From Bacteriovoracia bacterium (GTDB taxonomy: Bacteria; Bdellovibrionota; Bacteriovoracia; Bacteriovoracales; Bacteriovoracaceae): 64,000 nt of DNA. The stretch's first letter is position 1. Every line of letters begins with the position of its first letter. The position numbers and the translations under genes are program-made. The notes below the pieces were generated by a model. It saw nothing but the letters and a program-made list of their open reading frames with translations, was not told the DNA's origin and did no database searches. The stretch covers positions 71,230 to 135,229 of the forward strand of contig JBKHVI010000001.1 of NCBI GenBank assembly GCA_046570105.1, read 5' to 3'. Shown piece by piece: positions 7,362 to 17,172 of the stretch.

Positions 7362-7919
7362 ATGAATAATCTAAAAGCGGTTATTGATACCAACGTGCTC
7401 TATAGCTCGATGGCGCGAGACATTCTGCTGTGGCTAGCAACCTATGACTTATTTCAACCCGTATGGTCTGAAAAAATTCTGCAAGAGCTCTACTTTGCGC
7501 TCAAAAAACTACCTAAAACTGAGCGCGTAAAACTCATCACTCGTCTTAAAGAAGTTTTTCCAGATGCTTTGATCGAACAACTTCCAGAGACTGGCACAAT
7601 CCACCTCCCCGACGAAGATGATCTTCATATCGTGGCCTGCGCGCTTGCCAGTAATGCAGCTACTATTATCACTTTTAATCTCAAAGACTTTCCGGCGGAT
7701 GAACTGGCACCTATTAAAGCCATTTCTCCAGATGATTTTTGTCTCAATTTACTTGAACAGAATGACTTGATGGGCATCAAGGCGATAACTATCCACTGGA
7801 GAGGTTATCAAAATCCAAAAATTTCTTGGGAAGAATATACCGCGCGCTTGAATCGCGCGCGGTTACATAAACTTAGTCGTAAATTGAAAAAACTAGACCT
7901 CAGTTCCGCCGGTCTCTAG
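7362..7919 (+). CDS. PIN-domain protein (putative toxin ribonuclease)
   Basis: AVIDTNVLYS is an N-terminal acidic motif, and DEDDLHIVACALASNAATIITFNLKDF is PIN_3-like. It is tightly coupled to the upstream HTH gene. Confidence 0.65.
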   Translation: MNNLKAVIDTNVLYSSMARDILLWLATYDLFQPVWSEKILQELYFALKKLPKTERVKLITRLKEVFPDALIEQLPETGTIHLPDEDDLHIVACALASNAATIITFNLKDFPADELAPIKAISPDDFCLNLLEQNDLMGIKAITIHWRGYQNPKISWEEYTARLNRARLHKLSRKLKKLDLSSAGL

Positions 7920-9419
7920 GCCCTTCTTTTTCATCTTTTCAATCAACGTTGTGCGATTGAGAGAAAGAAGCTTCGAGGCCTGATTCTTGTTTCCACCAGT
8001 GCGAGAAAGCGCCTGAAGGATAAGAGAATCTTCGATATCAGAAAGAATCGTCTTGAGATCAACACCCTGCTGAGGAAGCTCAAAGATCGTTTTGTATTGG
8101 CTCGAGACCAATGGATTGGTGCGATAGATTTTTGATGGAAGATCCTCTGGAAGAATCTCATTCCCACCACGCAAGATCACCAAGCGCTCAATCACATTCT
8201 CAAGCTCACGAACGTTTCCTGGCCACTCATAGCTCATTAACAAATCCATCGCTTCATGGCTGAAGCTGATTTCATTTGAACGGTCAGCTGAAGTAAAGCG
8301 ATCGAGGAAGTAGCTAATTAAAAGTGGGATATCTTCACGGCGCTCTTTCAAGGCCGGAAGTTTCACTGGAATAACATTTAAGCGATAGAACAAGTCTTCG
8401 CGGAACTTACCATCTTTCACTTGAGCATCAAGATCACGGTGAGTGGCAGCTACTAAGCGCACATCCACATCAATGGCTTCACTTGAACCGACCGGCTCAA
8501 TCTGTCTGAGCTGCAATACACGCAAGAGTTTCACTTGTAAGAGCAAAGGCATGTCACCAATCTCATCTAAGAAAAGTGTTCCTTGATGAGCGAGTTCAAA
8601 GCGGCCTTTGCGATTTGAAATGGCTCCTGTGAATGAACCTTTGATGTGGCCGAAGAGCTCACTTTCTAAAAGTTCACCTGGAATCGCTCCACAGTTTACT
8701 GACACACGAGGAAACTCAGTGCGAGTCGAGAGCTTATGAATAGCGTTCGCCACCAACTCTTTGCCGGTTCCAGATGGGCCAGTGATCAAAACAGTTGAAT
8801 CAGACTTAGCGACTTTCTTAATGCGCTCAAAAACTTCTTTCATCGCTTGAGAGCGGCCAACCATGCCGTAGAACATATCTTCAGCGATAGGACGCTCAAG
8901 CGTGAGCTTTGGCATTAATGGACGGGCAGCGCGAGTTCCACGGTTAGGTGACTCATCGGCGACAGAATTAACTACGCCACCCAATTCAATCGAGAGACGT
9001 TCGCGAAATCCATTGAAGACGAGTTGTTTTAAAACATCGAGCTCGAAAGGTTTAGTGAGGTAATGGAAGGCTCCGCGCTTAGTCGCTGCGATAGCTGTCT
9101 CAATGCTGGCAAAGCCCGTCATGACCACTGAAGCGAAGGTAAAGCCCTTCTCTTTCAAGATATCAATCAAGAGCAGGCCATCCGAGCCTTGGCCTAATGA
9201 AATATCGGCCAAGAGAAAGAAGGGGGCCTTGGGATCATGATTCTTGGTGAACTCTACCAAGCAATCCTCTGATGAGGTGTAGAGCAAAACCTGGAGCCCA
9301 AAAGTTCTTTCCAGATACTTCTTAAGCGTCAGTCCCAAGAGGTTATCGTCTTCGACAATAACCAGTGGTGCTGATGAGGTTTGAGTGAAGGAACGCTGCA
9401 GGAAATTAAGATCGTCCAT
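7893..9419 (-). CDS. sigma-54-dependent response regulator (NtrC family)
   Basis: It has a receiver domain (LLADISL), an AAA+ domain (GPSGTGKE, GSFTGA, ESELFGH) and a C-terminal Fis-type HTH (GGNKNQASKLLSLNRTTL). ATG 9419 has AGGAGGA upstream; the track start at 9434 is TTG. Confidence 0.85.
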   Translation of the reverse strand: MDDLNFLQRSFTQTSSAPLVIVEDDNLLGLTLKKYLERTFGLQVLLYTSSEDCLVEFTKNHDPKAPFFLLADISLGQGSDGLLLIDILKEKGFTFASVVMTGFASIETAIAATKRGAFHYLTKPFELDVLKQLVFNGFRERLSIELGGVVNSVADESPNRGTRAARPLMPKLTLERPIAEDMFYGMVGRSQAMKEVFERIKKVAKSDSTVLITGPSGTGKELVANAIHKLSTRTEFPRVSVNCGAIPGELLESELFGHIKGSFTGAISNRKGRFELAHQGTLFLDEIGDMPLLLQVKLLRVLQLRQIEPVGSSEAIDVDVRLVAATHRDLDAQVKDGKFREDLFYRLNVIPVKLPALKERREDIPLLISYFLDRFTSADRSNEISFSHEAMDLLMSYEWPGNVRELENVIERLVILRGGNEILPEDLPSKIYRTNPLVSSQYKTIFELPQQGVDLKTILSDIEDSLILQALSRTGGNKNQASKLLSLNRTTLIEKMKKKGLETGGTEV

Positions 9420-9491
9420 AGATCCTCCTGCCAATATGCTAACGAATCCTGAGAGATTGTGTCAATTTTCAGACACCGCGCTAAGTACTTA

Positions 9492-9725
9492 TTATAATTC
9501 AACACTTCTTTGCCATTTCATGAACTTTCTTACCGCCTTGTCAGGCCCACCGGCGTAATAGTACCAGCCGAGCGCCAACATCGGCAGAATCATGATGATG
9601 AGGCAGGCGCGGGTCGATTTCTTCTTTTTTCTGAGCCAAAAAATATAAGCAAATTCACCCGCAATAATGATGAGGGGAATGGCCCAAAAAGGCGTATGGC
9701 GAATCATGAAATAAAATTCAGTCAT
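9492..9725 (-). CDS. small two-TM membrane protein, hypothetical
   Basis: The 77-aa protein has two hydrophobic helices separated by a KKKKS loop. The start abuts the metK terminator T-run, so expression is uncertain. Confidence 0.45.
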   Translation of the reverse strand: MTEFYFMIRHTPFWAIPLIIIAGEFAYIFWLRKKKKSTRACLIIMILPMLALGWYYYAGGPDKAVRKFMKWQRSVEL

Positions 9726-9751
9726 AAAAAAAAGGGGCCCAAAAGGGCCCC
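9726..9751 (-). terminator. rho-independent terminator of metK
   Basis: On the minus strand, GGGGCCC-TTTT-GGGCCCC is followed by T8. It lies 25 nt after the metK stop. Confidence 0.75.
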
Positions 9752-9776
9752 TCTCATAAGTGCTCTTACTTATATT

Positions 9777-10943
9777 CTAGAAGAAAGCTTTCAACTTCTC
9801 CACCATGTCGGTTTGTTCCCATGTGAACTCGCCTGGCTTACCGGTCCGGCCAAAGTGTCCGTAGGCCGCAGTAGAAGAGTAAATTGGGCGCATGAGATCG
9901 AGGCGCTGAATGAGGGCCTTCGGACGCATATCAAAGAGTTCGTTGATGGCAGCTTGAAGCTTCATCTCATCAACTTTTGCAGTCCCGAAAGTGTCGATCA
10001 ATAGGCTCATCGGTTTTGCTACACCGATAGCGTAAGCGACTTGAACCAAGGCTTTATCGGCCAATCCTGCAGCCACTACGTTCTTAGCAATGTGGCGAGC
10101 AGCATAAGCGGCTGAGCGGTCAACTTTAGAAGGATCTTTCCCTGAGAAAGCACCGCCGCCGTGAGCGCCGTGACCACCGTAGGTATCAACGATAATTTTG
10201 CGACCCGTGAGACCGCAATCTCCCATTGGTCCACCAATAACAAAGCGACCCGTTGGATTAATGAAATATTTTGTGTCTTTATCAACGAGGTGTTGAGGAA
10301 CAATCTTCTTGATGACTTCTTCCATCACGCCTTCTTGAACTTGTTTCAACGTCATGCCTTCAGCATGTTGAGTAGAAACAACGATCGCATCAAGACGCTT
10401 CAATTTGCCGTCGACATATTGAGCTGTCACTTGAGTTTTTCCGTCAGCACGAAGGTCTTTCAAAGTGCCATTCTTACGAACGTCAGTGAGACGCTTGGCA
10501 AGTTGGTGAGAAAGATCGATCGTCACTGGCATGAGGCTTGAAGTTTCATTAATAGCGTAACCAAACATAAGACCTTGGTCACCAGCACCTTGATCGAGGT
10601 ACGTGCCTTCGCCTTCGTTCACACCCATAGCAATATCTTGTGATTGTTTGCCAAGAGCTACAGTCACACCGCAGGTATTGCAGTCGAAACCTTTATCTGA
10701 GTGGTCGTAACCGATTTCTTTAATCTTGTTGCGAACAACATCTTGGATATTAATGTTGGCATTTGTTGTCACTTCACCGGCAACAACAACGAGGCCCGTT
10801 GTAATCAAGGTTTCACAAGCTACGCGTGATTTAGCATCTTGAGCTAACATGGCATCCAAAATAGCGTCCGAAATCTGATCGGCCATTTTGTCTGGGTGAC
10901 CTTCTGTGACTGACTCAGAAGTGAACATATAGTTTTTCAACAT
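9777..10943 (-). CDS. metK: S-adenosylmethionine synthetase
   Basis: The 388-aa protein has canonical MetK motifs: [44 protein letters not shown]. Confidence 0.95.
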   Translation of the reverse strand: MLKNYMFTSESVTEGHPDKMADQISDAILDAMLAQDAKSRVACETLITTGLVVVAGEVTTNANINIQDVVRNKIKEIGYDHSDKGFDCNTCGVTVALGKQSQDIAMGVNEGEGTYLDQGAGDQGLMFGYAINETSSLMPVTIDLSHQLAKRLTDVRKNGTLKDLRADGKTQVTAQYVDGKLKRLDAIVVSTQHAEGMTLKQVQEGVMEEVIKKIVPQHLVDKDTKYFINPTGRFVIGGPMGDCGLTGRKIIVDTYGGHGAHGGGAFSGKDPSKVDRSAAYAARHIAKNVVAAGLADKALVQVAYAIGVAKPMSLLIDTFGTAKVDEMKLQAAINELFDMRPKALIQRLDLMRPIYSSTAAYGHFGRTGKPGEFTWEQTDMVEKLKAFF

Positions 10944-11025
10944 ACGGGTGCTCCTCGCGCGGGTCTAAACAATTAATAGACTAGGGCGCGTTATACACCT
11001 GAATTCTGTGCTTTCGCAAAGGATT

Positions 11026-12726
11026 TTACTTCAGCGAAGTACTATTTCCGTTCAAACCGAAATAGGTAAAGTAGTGCGGGTTTCGCCAGGAATAAAATAA
11101 CCACTTCTCTTGGAAGAGACGGGCCACATATATTTTATTTTCCAGCTCAATGACTTGGTATTTCTCACCCACAGGATCTGTGAATTGATAAAGGTACTGC
11201 CCCGCGCCCTTACTCCAAAGACTTCTTAATTTGTCCTGGGATTCCGCCAAAAGCCCCGGACGCTCGGGCAGTGAATGGTAGTTATCCCATACGCTCGCCA
11301 TATTTATTCGGCCAGGCATAGAAGCTCGTGAGAAGTAGCGAAGGGCCTTAAACTCACTGCGAGGATTTCGCAAAAGCGCCAAGGCAATTTCTAAATTTTC
11401 GCGCTGAAGACGCAAACCCGTTTTGGAAAAATCAGGACAAAAAGCTTTCACCGCACCCGGCATATAATAATAAGTGAATGAAAACTCACCACGTCGATAA
11501 AGCACATTCAACCAATGTTCATTTTGGATAGCTTTCTCAGAGAGCTCTTTACGCAATAATGGAAACATCTCTTGGGCCGGGTCGAGTTGACGATAAAACG
11601 GAACACCATGACGATTGACTACCACTTGAGCGACATCTAAACGCTCCAACGCTTCATGCGAATCTACATCGCCCACTTCATTATAAAGAATGGTCTCAAT
11701 GCTATAGAGTGCTTTCATGGTGTCGTCCTGTTTCTTCCACCATAGCCAACTCAGCGTTTGTTTTGAAGCGACCCACTCTTTTAGAAGCAGAGTCGCCTGA
11801 TTTTTTTCACGAATATGAGCACGAGCTTTCTCTTTATTCTCTGGACGGACGAGATCTTGATAAAACTGTAAAGCGCGTGAGGTTCGTTCTTCCCATTCAC
11901 CTAAGCGCGCAATCAGAGCTGGTTTGCCGCGCTCGAGTTCTTTCTTGATACGAGCCAGCACGAACTGAAGATCGTATCGTAAGTCTTCGGCTAAAACCAA
12001 CATCGGACGATCCATTTCAAGCTGGACTGTATCGATGGTTGTTCTCAACCACGAGTCACTGGATGTTTGATCGGGATTATAAGCACCGTCTTCTAAGAGG
12101 CGACGATAGAAGAAAGCATAGTTGGCAATTTGCTGAGAAGTCGGCTCAGGTTGATCACGGAATTCATCATAGATCTTGCGATTTTTTAAATGATCAACAG
12201 GAAATGAGTAATTAGTCAGGAAGGGCGTGAGACGCACAAGCTTGGCCCACTCACCTTTTAACTTTTTTAGTTCGACGAGTGAATTCTCTCCGGCCTTCTT
12301 TCGATTCTTCTCACTACTATCTGTTTCCCAAGCTCTCTTATGTTGTAAGAGCACTTTCATTTTCTTTTCAATATTTTCAAGTGTAACGAAACCAGGTAAT
12401 TTCTTTTTTTGAATTAACCATTTTCGTTGTTCTTGAATCCACTTAAGTTTTTTTTCAATTTCAGGGATTAACTTTTCGACCGTGACAAAATCAACATCAC
12501 TCGAAAGCTCTGGAACCCAGTGACCTTGACCCCGGTAACGCTTAAGAAGCTTATTGAATTCTTCCTCAGTCCCATTAGGACAAATCTCTTTGGCATGCTC
12601 TCTATATAAAGCATGGTACTGAGCAAGTGTTTTCCCTTGTCGTGATGGCTCTAATGAAGAAGCACAAGACTGCAGTGAAAAACTTAACAGCGTTAAAAGA
12701 ATTAAACTATTTGAGAGCTTGAACAA
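11026..12726 (-). CDS. large lipoprotein, hypothetical (possible SleB/CwlJ-like cell-wall hydrolase-type segment)
   Basis: MFKLSNSLILLTLLSFSLQSCAS provides the lipobox. The segment ILYNEVGDVDSHEALERLDVAQVVVNR loosely resembles the cell-wall hydrolase family motif. The start overlaps the mpl 3' end by 20 nt. Confidence 0.55.
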   Translation of the reverse strand: MFKLSNSLILLTLLSFSLQSCASSLEPSRQGKTLAQYHALYREHAKEICPNGTEEEFNKLLKRYRGQGHWVPELSSDVDFVTVEKLIPEIEKKLKWIQEQRKWLIQKKKLPGFVTLENIEKKMKVLLQHKRAWETDSSEKNRKKAGENSLVELKKLKGEWAKLVRLTPFLTNYSFPVDHLKNRKIYDEFRDQPEPTSQQIANYAFFYRRLLEDGAYNPDQTSSDSWLRTTIDTVQLEMDRPMLVLAEDLRYDLQFVLARIKKELERGKPALIARLGEWEERTSRALQFYQDLVRPENKEKARAHIREKNQATLLLKEWVASKQTLSWLWWKKQDDTMKALYSIETILYNEVGDVDSHEALERLDVAQVVVNRHGVPFYRQLDPAQEMFPLLRKELSEKAIQNEHWLNVLYRRGEFSFTYYYMPGAVKAFCPDFSKTGLRLQRENLEIALALLRNPRSEFKALRYFSRASMPGRINMASVWDNYHSLPERPGLLAESQDKLRSLWSKGAGQYLYQFTDPVGEKYQVIELENKIYVARLFQEKWLFYSWRNPHYFTYFGLNGNSTSLK

Positions 12727-14158
12727 AATCAGACTCCCATAAGCCTAAACAAGTACGGTTAGATAAAATAACTAATACATCGCCGCTTTTTATGGTCGCA
12801 TCGATGGCTGCACGTAGTGGTGCCAACGTTGAAACACAAGAAGCAGGTTTATGATGAAGTGATGATATTTCACTGGCGAGCCTTACTCCATCGAGATCCT
12901 TACCACCCAAAGCCGTCGTAGCGATATCAGGTTTTGCGATAATCACTTCATCACTTGTAGCTAAACTGTCACGAAACTCATCTTGAAAAATCGCTGAGCG
13001 AGCTGTTGCTGAGACAGGTTCGAAAACTGTAATAATACGTCGATTTTTAAAACGCGCCCGAATTGCATCAAGAGTGACAGTGATGGCACGAGGATGATGG
13101 GCAAAATCATCGATCACAGTGGCACCCTTATAAGTCCCACGCACTTCTTGACGACGTTTCACCATGCCTAAGTTCAGAACTGCTTTTTGTAGTTCTGCAA
13201 TTTTAAATCCTTCCCCATGCAAGAACGCCAAACATGAAGTGATATTGAGAATATTATGTTGTCCGATTGCGGAAGTTTTAAACTTTGTTTTTTCACCATT
13301 GAGAATTAATGAAAACTCACTGCCATTCTCTTCCGTCACAATATCATAGGGGCCGATCGCAGCGCCCGGACCATAACTCGTCCAAGACTTCGCCAGTGTT
13401 TTGCCTTGATACTCGTTCCACAACTTTTGCGAAGAGGGATACTCCAAGTTCATTATCACTTGGCCAGGAAGTTTCGGTAGGACATCACGGAACTCATCTT
13501 CAATCTTTTCAACACTCGAAAATATATCAGCATGATCAAATTCAAGCGAAGTTAAAATCATGTGCTTGAGTTCGTACAAACGAAACTTTGAAATTTTATG
13601 AAAATATCCTGAGTCGTATTCATCCCCTTCGATGGGAAAATATTTGCCAGTTCCAAGTCTCGCTGGATCACGTCCATCAATAATTCCGCCGACGAGATAA
13701 CCGGGTTTCTGTCCAAGAGACTCTAACATCTGAGTTAGAAAAAAAGTCGTAGTCGTCTTACCGTGTGTTCCACAAATTCCAACGACCTGACGTTCTTTTA
13801 AAACGAGTGCACCAAGAGCAGCAGGAAAAGAAGTCAGAGGAACATCAAGTTGTTCAAGCATACGGGCCTGTTCTGATTTGCCCGACAAAGAATTTCCTAC
13901 GACAATCAAATCGAATTTTTTTAGAAATTCTGGATTTGCTGTTTCAATTTTATGGAGAGGAATTCCTGTGCTCTCAAGATATGTCGACATAGGAGGATAG
14001 AAAGCGCTATCAGCACCTTCCACATCTAGTCCTGCCTCTTTCATTAAAACTGCAGCAGGGCCCATGCCGGCCCCACATATACGATAAAAGAATATTTTTT
14101 TAAAATCACGACGACGCTGGATGAGCTCGTCTTGCTTAATTAAATTGCGTAAGTCCAT
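12707..14158 (-). CDS. mpl: UDP-N-acetylmuramate:L-alanyl-gamma-D-glutamyl-meso-DAP ligase (murein peptide ligase)
   Basis: It shows Mur-ligase architecture: N-terminal ICGAGMGPAAVLMKEAG, the P-loop GTHGKTTTT, and an Mpl-like length of 483 aa. Confidence 0.8.
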   Translation of the reverse strand: MDLRNLIKQDELIQRRRDFKKIFFYRICGAGMGPAAVLMKEAGLDVEGADSAFYPPMSTYLESTGIPLHKIETANPEFLKKFDLIVVGNSLSGKSEQARMLEQLDVPLTSFPAALGALVLKERQVVGICGTHGKTTTTFFLTQMLESLGQKPGYLVGGIIDGRDPARLGTGKYFPIEGDEYDSGYFHKISKFRLYELKHMILTSLEFDHADIFSSVEKIEDEFRDVLPKLPGQVIMNLEYPSSQKLWNEYQGKTLAKSWTSYGPGAAIGPYDIVTEENGSEFSLILNGEKTKFKTSAIGQHNILNITSCLAFLHGEGFKIAELQKAVLNLGMVKRRQEVRGTYKGATVIDDFAHHPRAITVTLDAIRARFKNRRIITVFEPVSATARSAIFQDEFRDSLATSDEVIIAKPDIATTALGGKDLDGVRLASEISSLHHKPASCVSTLAPLRAAIDATIKSGDVLVILSNRTCLGLWESDFVQALK

Positions 14159-14186
14159 GGTACAGATAACTCCTCAAAGTGAGGTT

Positions 14187-14972
14187 TTATTGTACCAGGC
14201 TCACTTGCAATAAGGCATCATTCTGCATTTCTGACAATCTTGCTCGGCAAATCATTTCAATACGAGCTTTGACAGCATAAGCACTCACAAACGGAGAACT
14301 CTCCGTTGGAAGCCGTGTTCCACTTAAGTCAGTTGGGCACCAAGCAAATTTTGGGAAAAGCTTATCTGCATCTCCCGCCACTACCAAACGAGCTGTATTG
14401 AGCATCGTCGAGTAACTCAAGCGTCTTTCTTGGTGCTCTTCGTTAACAATATCAAAAGTTGTTACGTAAGGAATTTGATCGAGTGGTATTTCACGCGCTT
14501 CCACCGGCCTGATATAGATACTCAAAACACGCCCTGGATACAGCTTTTGCAGCTCTTGAAACACTTCTGGATCCTGGCCGACATCATCTCCAACCAAAAC
14601 AACTTCTTCTTCTGGATAGCGATCCATAATCTGTGAAATGCTGCGAACTTTATACTTCAATTTCGATTCGAAAATATTGCGACGAAGAGTAAGAGTTTCG
14701 TAAGGCACTTCGTAATGCGCCAAAAGCTCTCTGATCTTTTTCTCTAATAAACTTGGTGAGGCAGTCACAAAATGGAGTGTGGCTCCATCTTTTGCCCAGG
14801 CCTTGTAAAGTTCCGGCATTGCGGGAAAGACATCCTTAGTGAAAAGCCCACGCCAGGCCCCTTGGAGGGCATCGCCTGAATTAGTGATTTTTATGGTGTC
14901 ATCCACATCACTTATTACCATATAGGCTTGCGCCGAAGTGGTTAAAAAGAGGGTAAATAGCAAGCTCAGCAT
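14187..14972 (-). CDS. App1-like (DUF2183) HAD-type phosphatase, secreted
   Basis: It has a signal peptide, the DxDxT motif ISDVDDTIK and LVGDDVGQDPEVF typical of the App1 family. Confidence 0.6.
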   Translation of the reverse strand: MLSLLFTLFLTTSAQAYMVISDVDDTIKITNSGDALQGAWRGLFTKDVFPAMPELYKAWAKDGATLHFVTASPSLLEKKIRELLAHYEVPYETLTLRRNIFESKLKYKVRSISQIMDRYPEEEVVLVGDDVGQDPEVFQELQKLYPGRVLSIYIRPVEAREIPLDQIPYVTTFDIVNEEHQERRLSYSTMLNTARLVVAGDADKLFPKFAWCPTDLSGTRLPTESSPFVSAYAVKARIEMICRARLSEMQNDALLQVSLVQ

Positions 14973-15092
14973 AAGAGACCTCTCATCCTTGAGGGTTTAA
15001 AGTGCTGTCATTTTTACATGTTGATGACGGTTTTTCTCCTCTCAAAACATGACGGCCATAGAATTTTATAAAATTCGCAATTCCGAGGTCAT

Positions 15093-15566
15093 ATGAAGGC
15101 TTTTACCCTAGTCGTTTTGTCGGTCATGTCTCTCAATTTGTGGGCATCACCTTGTCAGGTGAAACTGGTTTTGGAAGCCAGTGGTAAAAGCGTCATCAGC
15201 ATCAATGAACTAGATAATGACGGAAGAATCGCTCGTGAAATTCTCACTGAAAATATCGAAGCTCTCATTGAAGGCACACGTGAAGCAGGCCTTGAACTGA
15301 TTGAAGAAGATAATGAGCAGATTCTTCGTCTTAATTTAATTTCCAACCGCAAAAACGAAAAACTTAAGAGCACTGGCATCGAAGTAGAATTTAATTATGA
15401 AAATAAATGGGGAACACGCAACTCAATCAAGTTCTCTCGTGAATCCTCATTACCATTCTTGGCGCAAATTGGTGTGACATCCGCCACTGTGGCTCAAAAA
15501 AATGAACTCAAAAAGCGAGTTTTTGAAGCTCTCTCTGAATTAAAGAGCTTCCCAGGATGTCGTTAA
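15093..15566 (+). CDS. hypothetical exported protein
   Basis: The 157-aa ORF has the signal peptide MKAFTLVVLSVMSLNLWA. I recognised no family. Confidence 0.5.
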   Translation: MKAFTLVVLSVMSLNLWASPCQVKLVLEASGKSVISINELDNDGRIAREILTENIEALIEGTREAGLELIEEDNEQILRLNLISNRKNEKLKSTGIEVEFNYENKWGTRNSIKFSRESSLPFLAQIGVTSATVAQKNELKKRVFEALSELKSFPGCR

Positions 15567-17134
15567 AACTGCTGACTACTTATCTTATCCCAATCTTCAC
15601 GCCAGCGAAGAGGCGGAGTTGTTAGCCACTCCCCGTCTTTTGACCACGGAACTAAATGTTGCCAAGATTTGATTTCAAAATCGGAAATACGCCTTCTTAA
15701 ATGAGACGGATTTAAATCTCGATGAGAATGAAGGCCCATCGCTCCAATCATTTCTGCAACCGCTTTGAGTGTTTGTTCGTGGAAATTTTTGGCGCGTGAT
15801 CTTTTGTCGGCCACCACTAACCCTTTTGTAAGTCTAGGATCTTGCGTGGCGATTCCTGTTGGACACTCATTGGTATTACAGCGAAGCGCTTGAATACAAC
15901 CAAGTGAGAGTAAAAATGGACGAGCGGCATACATCACATCAACACCCAAACACATTAAACGAATAAGTCCGAATGCTGTCGTAAGTTTTCCAGAAGCAAA
16001 TACGCTGATTTTGTCCTTTAGGCCAAATCCCTTAAGCGCATTCACTACAAATACCACGGCATCTACTCCGGGCATCCCAACTGAATTCGAAAACTCTAAT
16101 GGCGCAGCCCCGGTTCCGCCCTCTCCACCATCCACTGATATATAATCAAGATAACTTTCTGTCTCGACCATCGCCTTACAAAGGGCCAGGAACTCTTCTT
16201 CTCGTCCGACACACAACTTGACTCCAACCGGCTTGCCGCCGGACAAATCTCTTAAGCGTTGGGCAAATGCCAAAAGCTCACGAGGTGTTGAGAAAGCAGA
16301 ATGACCCGGTGGTGAGATCACATCGGCACCAAGAGGAACGTTGCGGATTTTAGCAATTTCTGGATTTAGTTTTTCCTTAGGCAGAATCCCACCATGACCA
16401 GGCTTTGCCCCCTGACTCAACTTAATCTCGATCATTTTCACTCGGGTGTCAGTCGACTTTTCCGAGAAAAGTTTTTCATCAAACTGGCCTTTCTCATTTC
16501 GGCATCCAAAATAGCCTGTTCCAATTTGCCAAATGAGATCTCCCCCATTCTCTAGGTGCCAAGGAGAGAGACCACCCTCTCCGGTGTTGTGAGCGAAACC
16601 ACCATCTTTGGCACCACCATTCAATGCTTTTACGGCTTCTTTAGAAAGAGAGCCATAACTCATCGCTGAGATATTAAAAATGGATGCATTGTAAGGCTGC
16701 TTACAAAGTGGCCCACCGACATTCACACGAAGCTTCTTGGGATCCATATGGTGAGGCCGCATAGAGTGACCGACAAACTCATAACCCTCGCGGTAAACGT
16801 CTTGTTGTGTACCAAAAGGAATCGTATCGGTAACTTTTTTAGCTCGTTGATAAACGACGGAACGATTCTCGCGATTGATGGGTGTTCCATCGGTATTACT
16901 TTCAATGAAGTATTGATTTATTTCGGGACGGATCATCTCAAACAAGTAGCGAAAGTTCCCCAAGACAGGAAAGTTACGACGAATGGCCTGTCGAGTCTGC
17001 AAGAGATCCAGCATTCCCAAAATAAAAATCGGCATAATGATAAGCAATGACCAAAGACCACTAGGCCAATAAAAAGCAAAAACTAGATTTAATAGAAAAG
17101 CGACAGCAGACGCTAAGATAAATAGATGACGCAT
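15563..17134 (-). CDS. FMN-binding glutamate synthase family protein (GltB domain-2-like) with N-terminal TM helices
   Basis: The 523-aa protein carries GEGGLSP, KLSQGAKPGHGG, ISVDGGEGGTGAAP and CNTNECPTGIATQ, typical of the glutamate synthase-related family. Confidence 0.8.
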   Translation of the reverse strand: MRHLFILASAVAFLLNLVFAFYWPSGLWSLLIIMPIFILGMLDLLQTRQAIRRNFPVLGNFRYLFEMIRPEINQYFIESNTDGTPINRENRSVVYQRAKKVTDTIPFGTQQDVYREGYEFVGHSMRPHHMDPKKLRVNVGGPLCKQPYNASIFNISAMSYGSLSKEAVKALNGGAKDGGFAHNTGEGGLSPWHLENGGDLIWQIGTGYFGCRNEKGQFDEKLFSEKSTDTRVKMIEIKLSQGAKPGHGGILPKEKLNPEIAKIRNVPLGADVISPPGHSAFSTPRELLAFAQRLRDLSGGKPVGVKLCVGREEEFLALCKAMVETESYLDYISVDGGEGGTGAAPLEFSNSVGMPGVDAVVFVVNALKGFGLKDKISVFASGKLTTAFGLIRLMCLGVDVMYAARPFLLSLGCIQALRCNTNECPTGIATQDPRLTKGLVVADKRSRAKNFHEQTLKAVAEMIGAMGLHSHRDLNPSHLRRRISDFEIKSWQHLVPWSKDGEWLTTPPLRWREDWDKISSQQF

Positions 17135-17172
17135 AATATTCCTTGTTAGCTCTATTATAAACTAGCAATGAA

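Noticed and set aside
10944-11025. A classical SAM riboswitch upstream of metK.
   Set aside because: The leader is only 82 nt, and I could not find SAM-I four-way junction or SAM-II consensus elements by eye. I kept it only as a low-interest hairpin observation.
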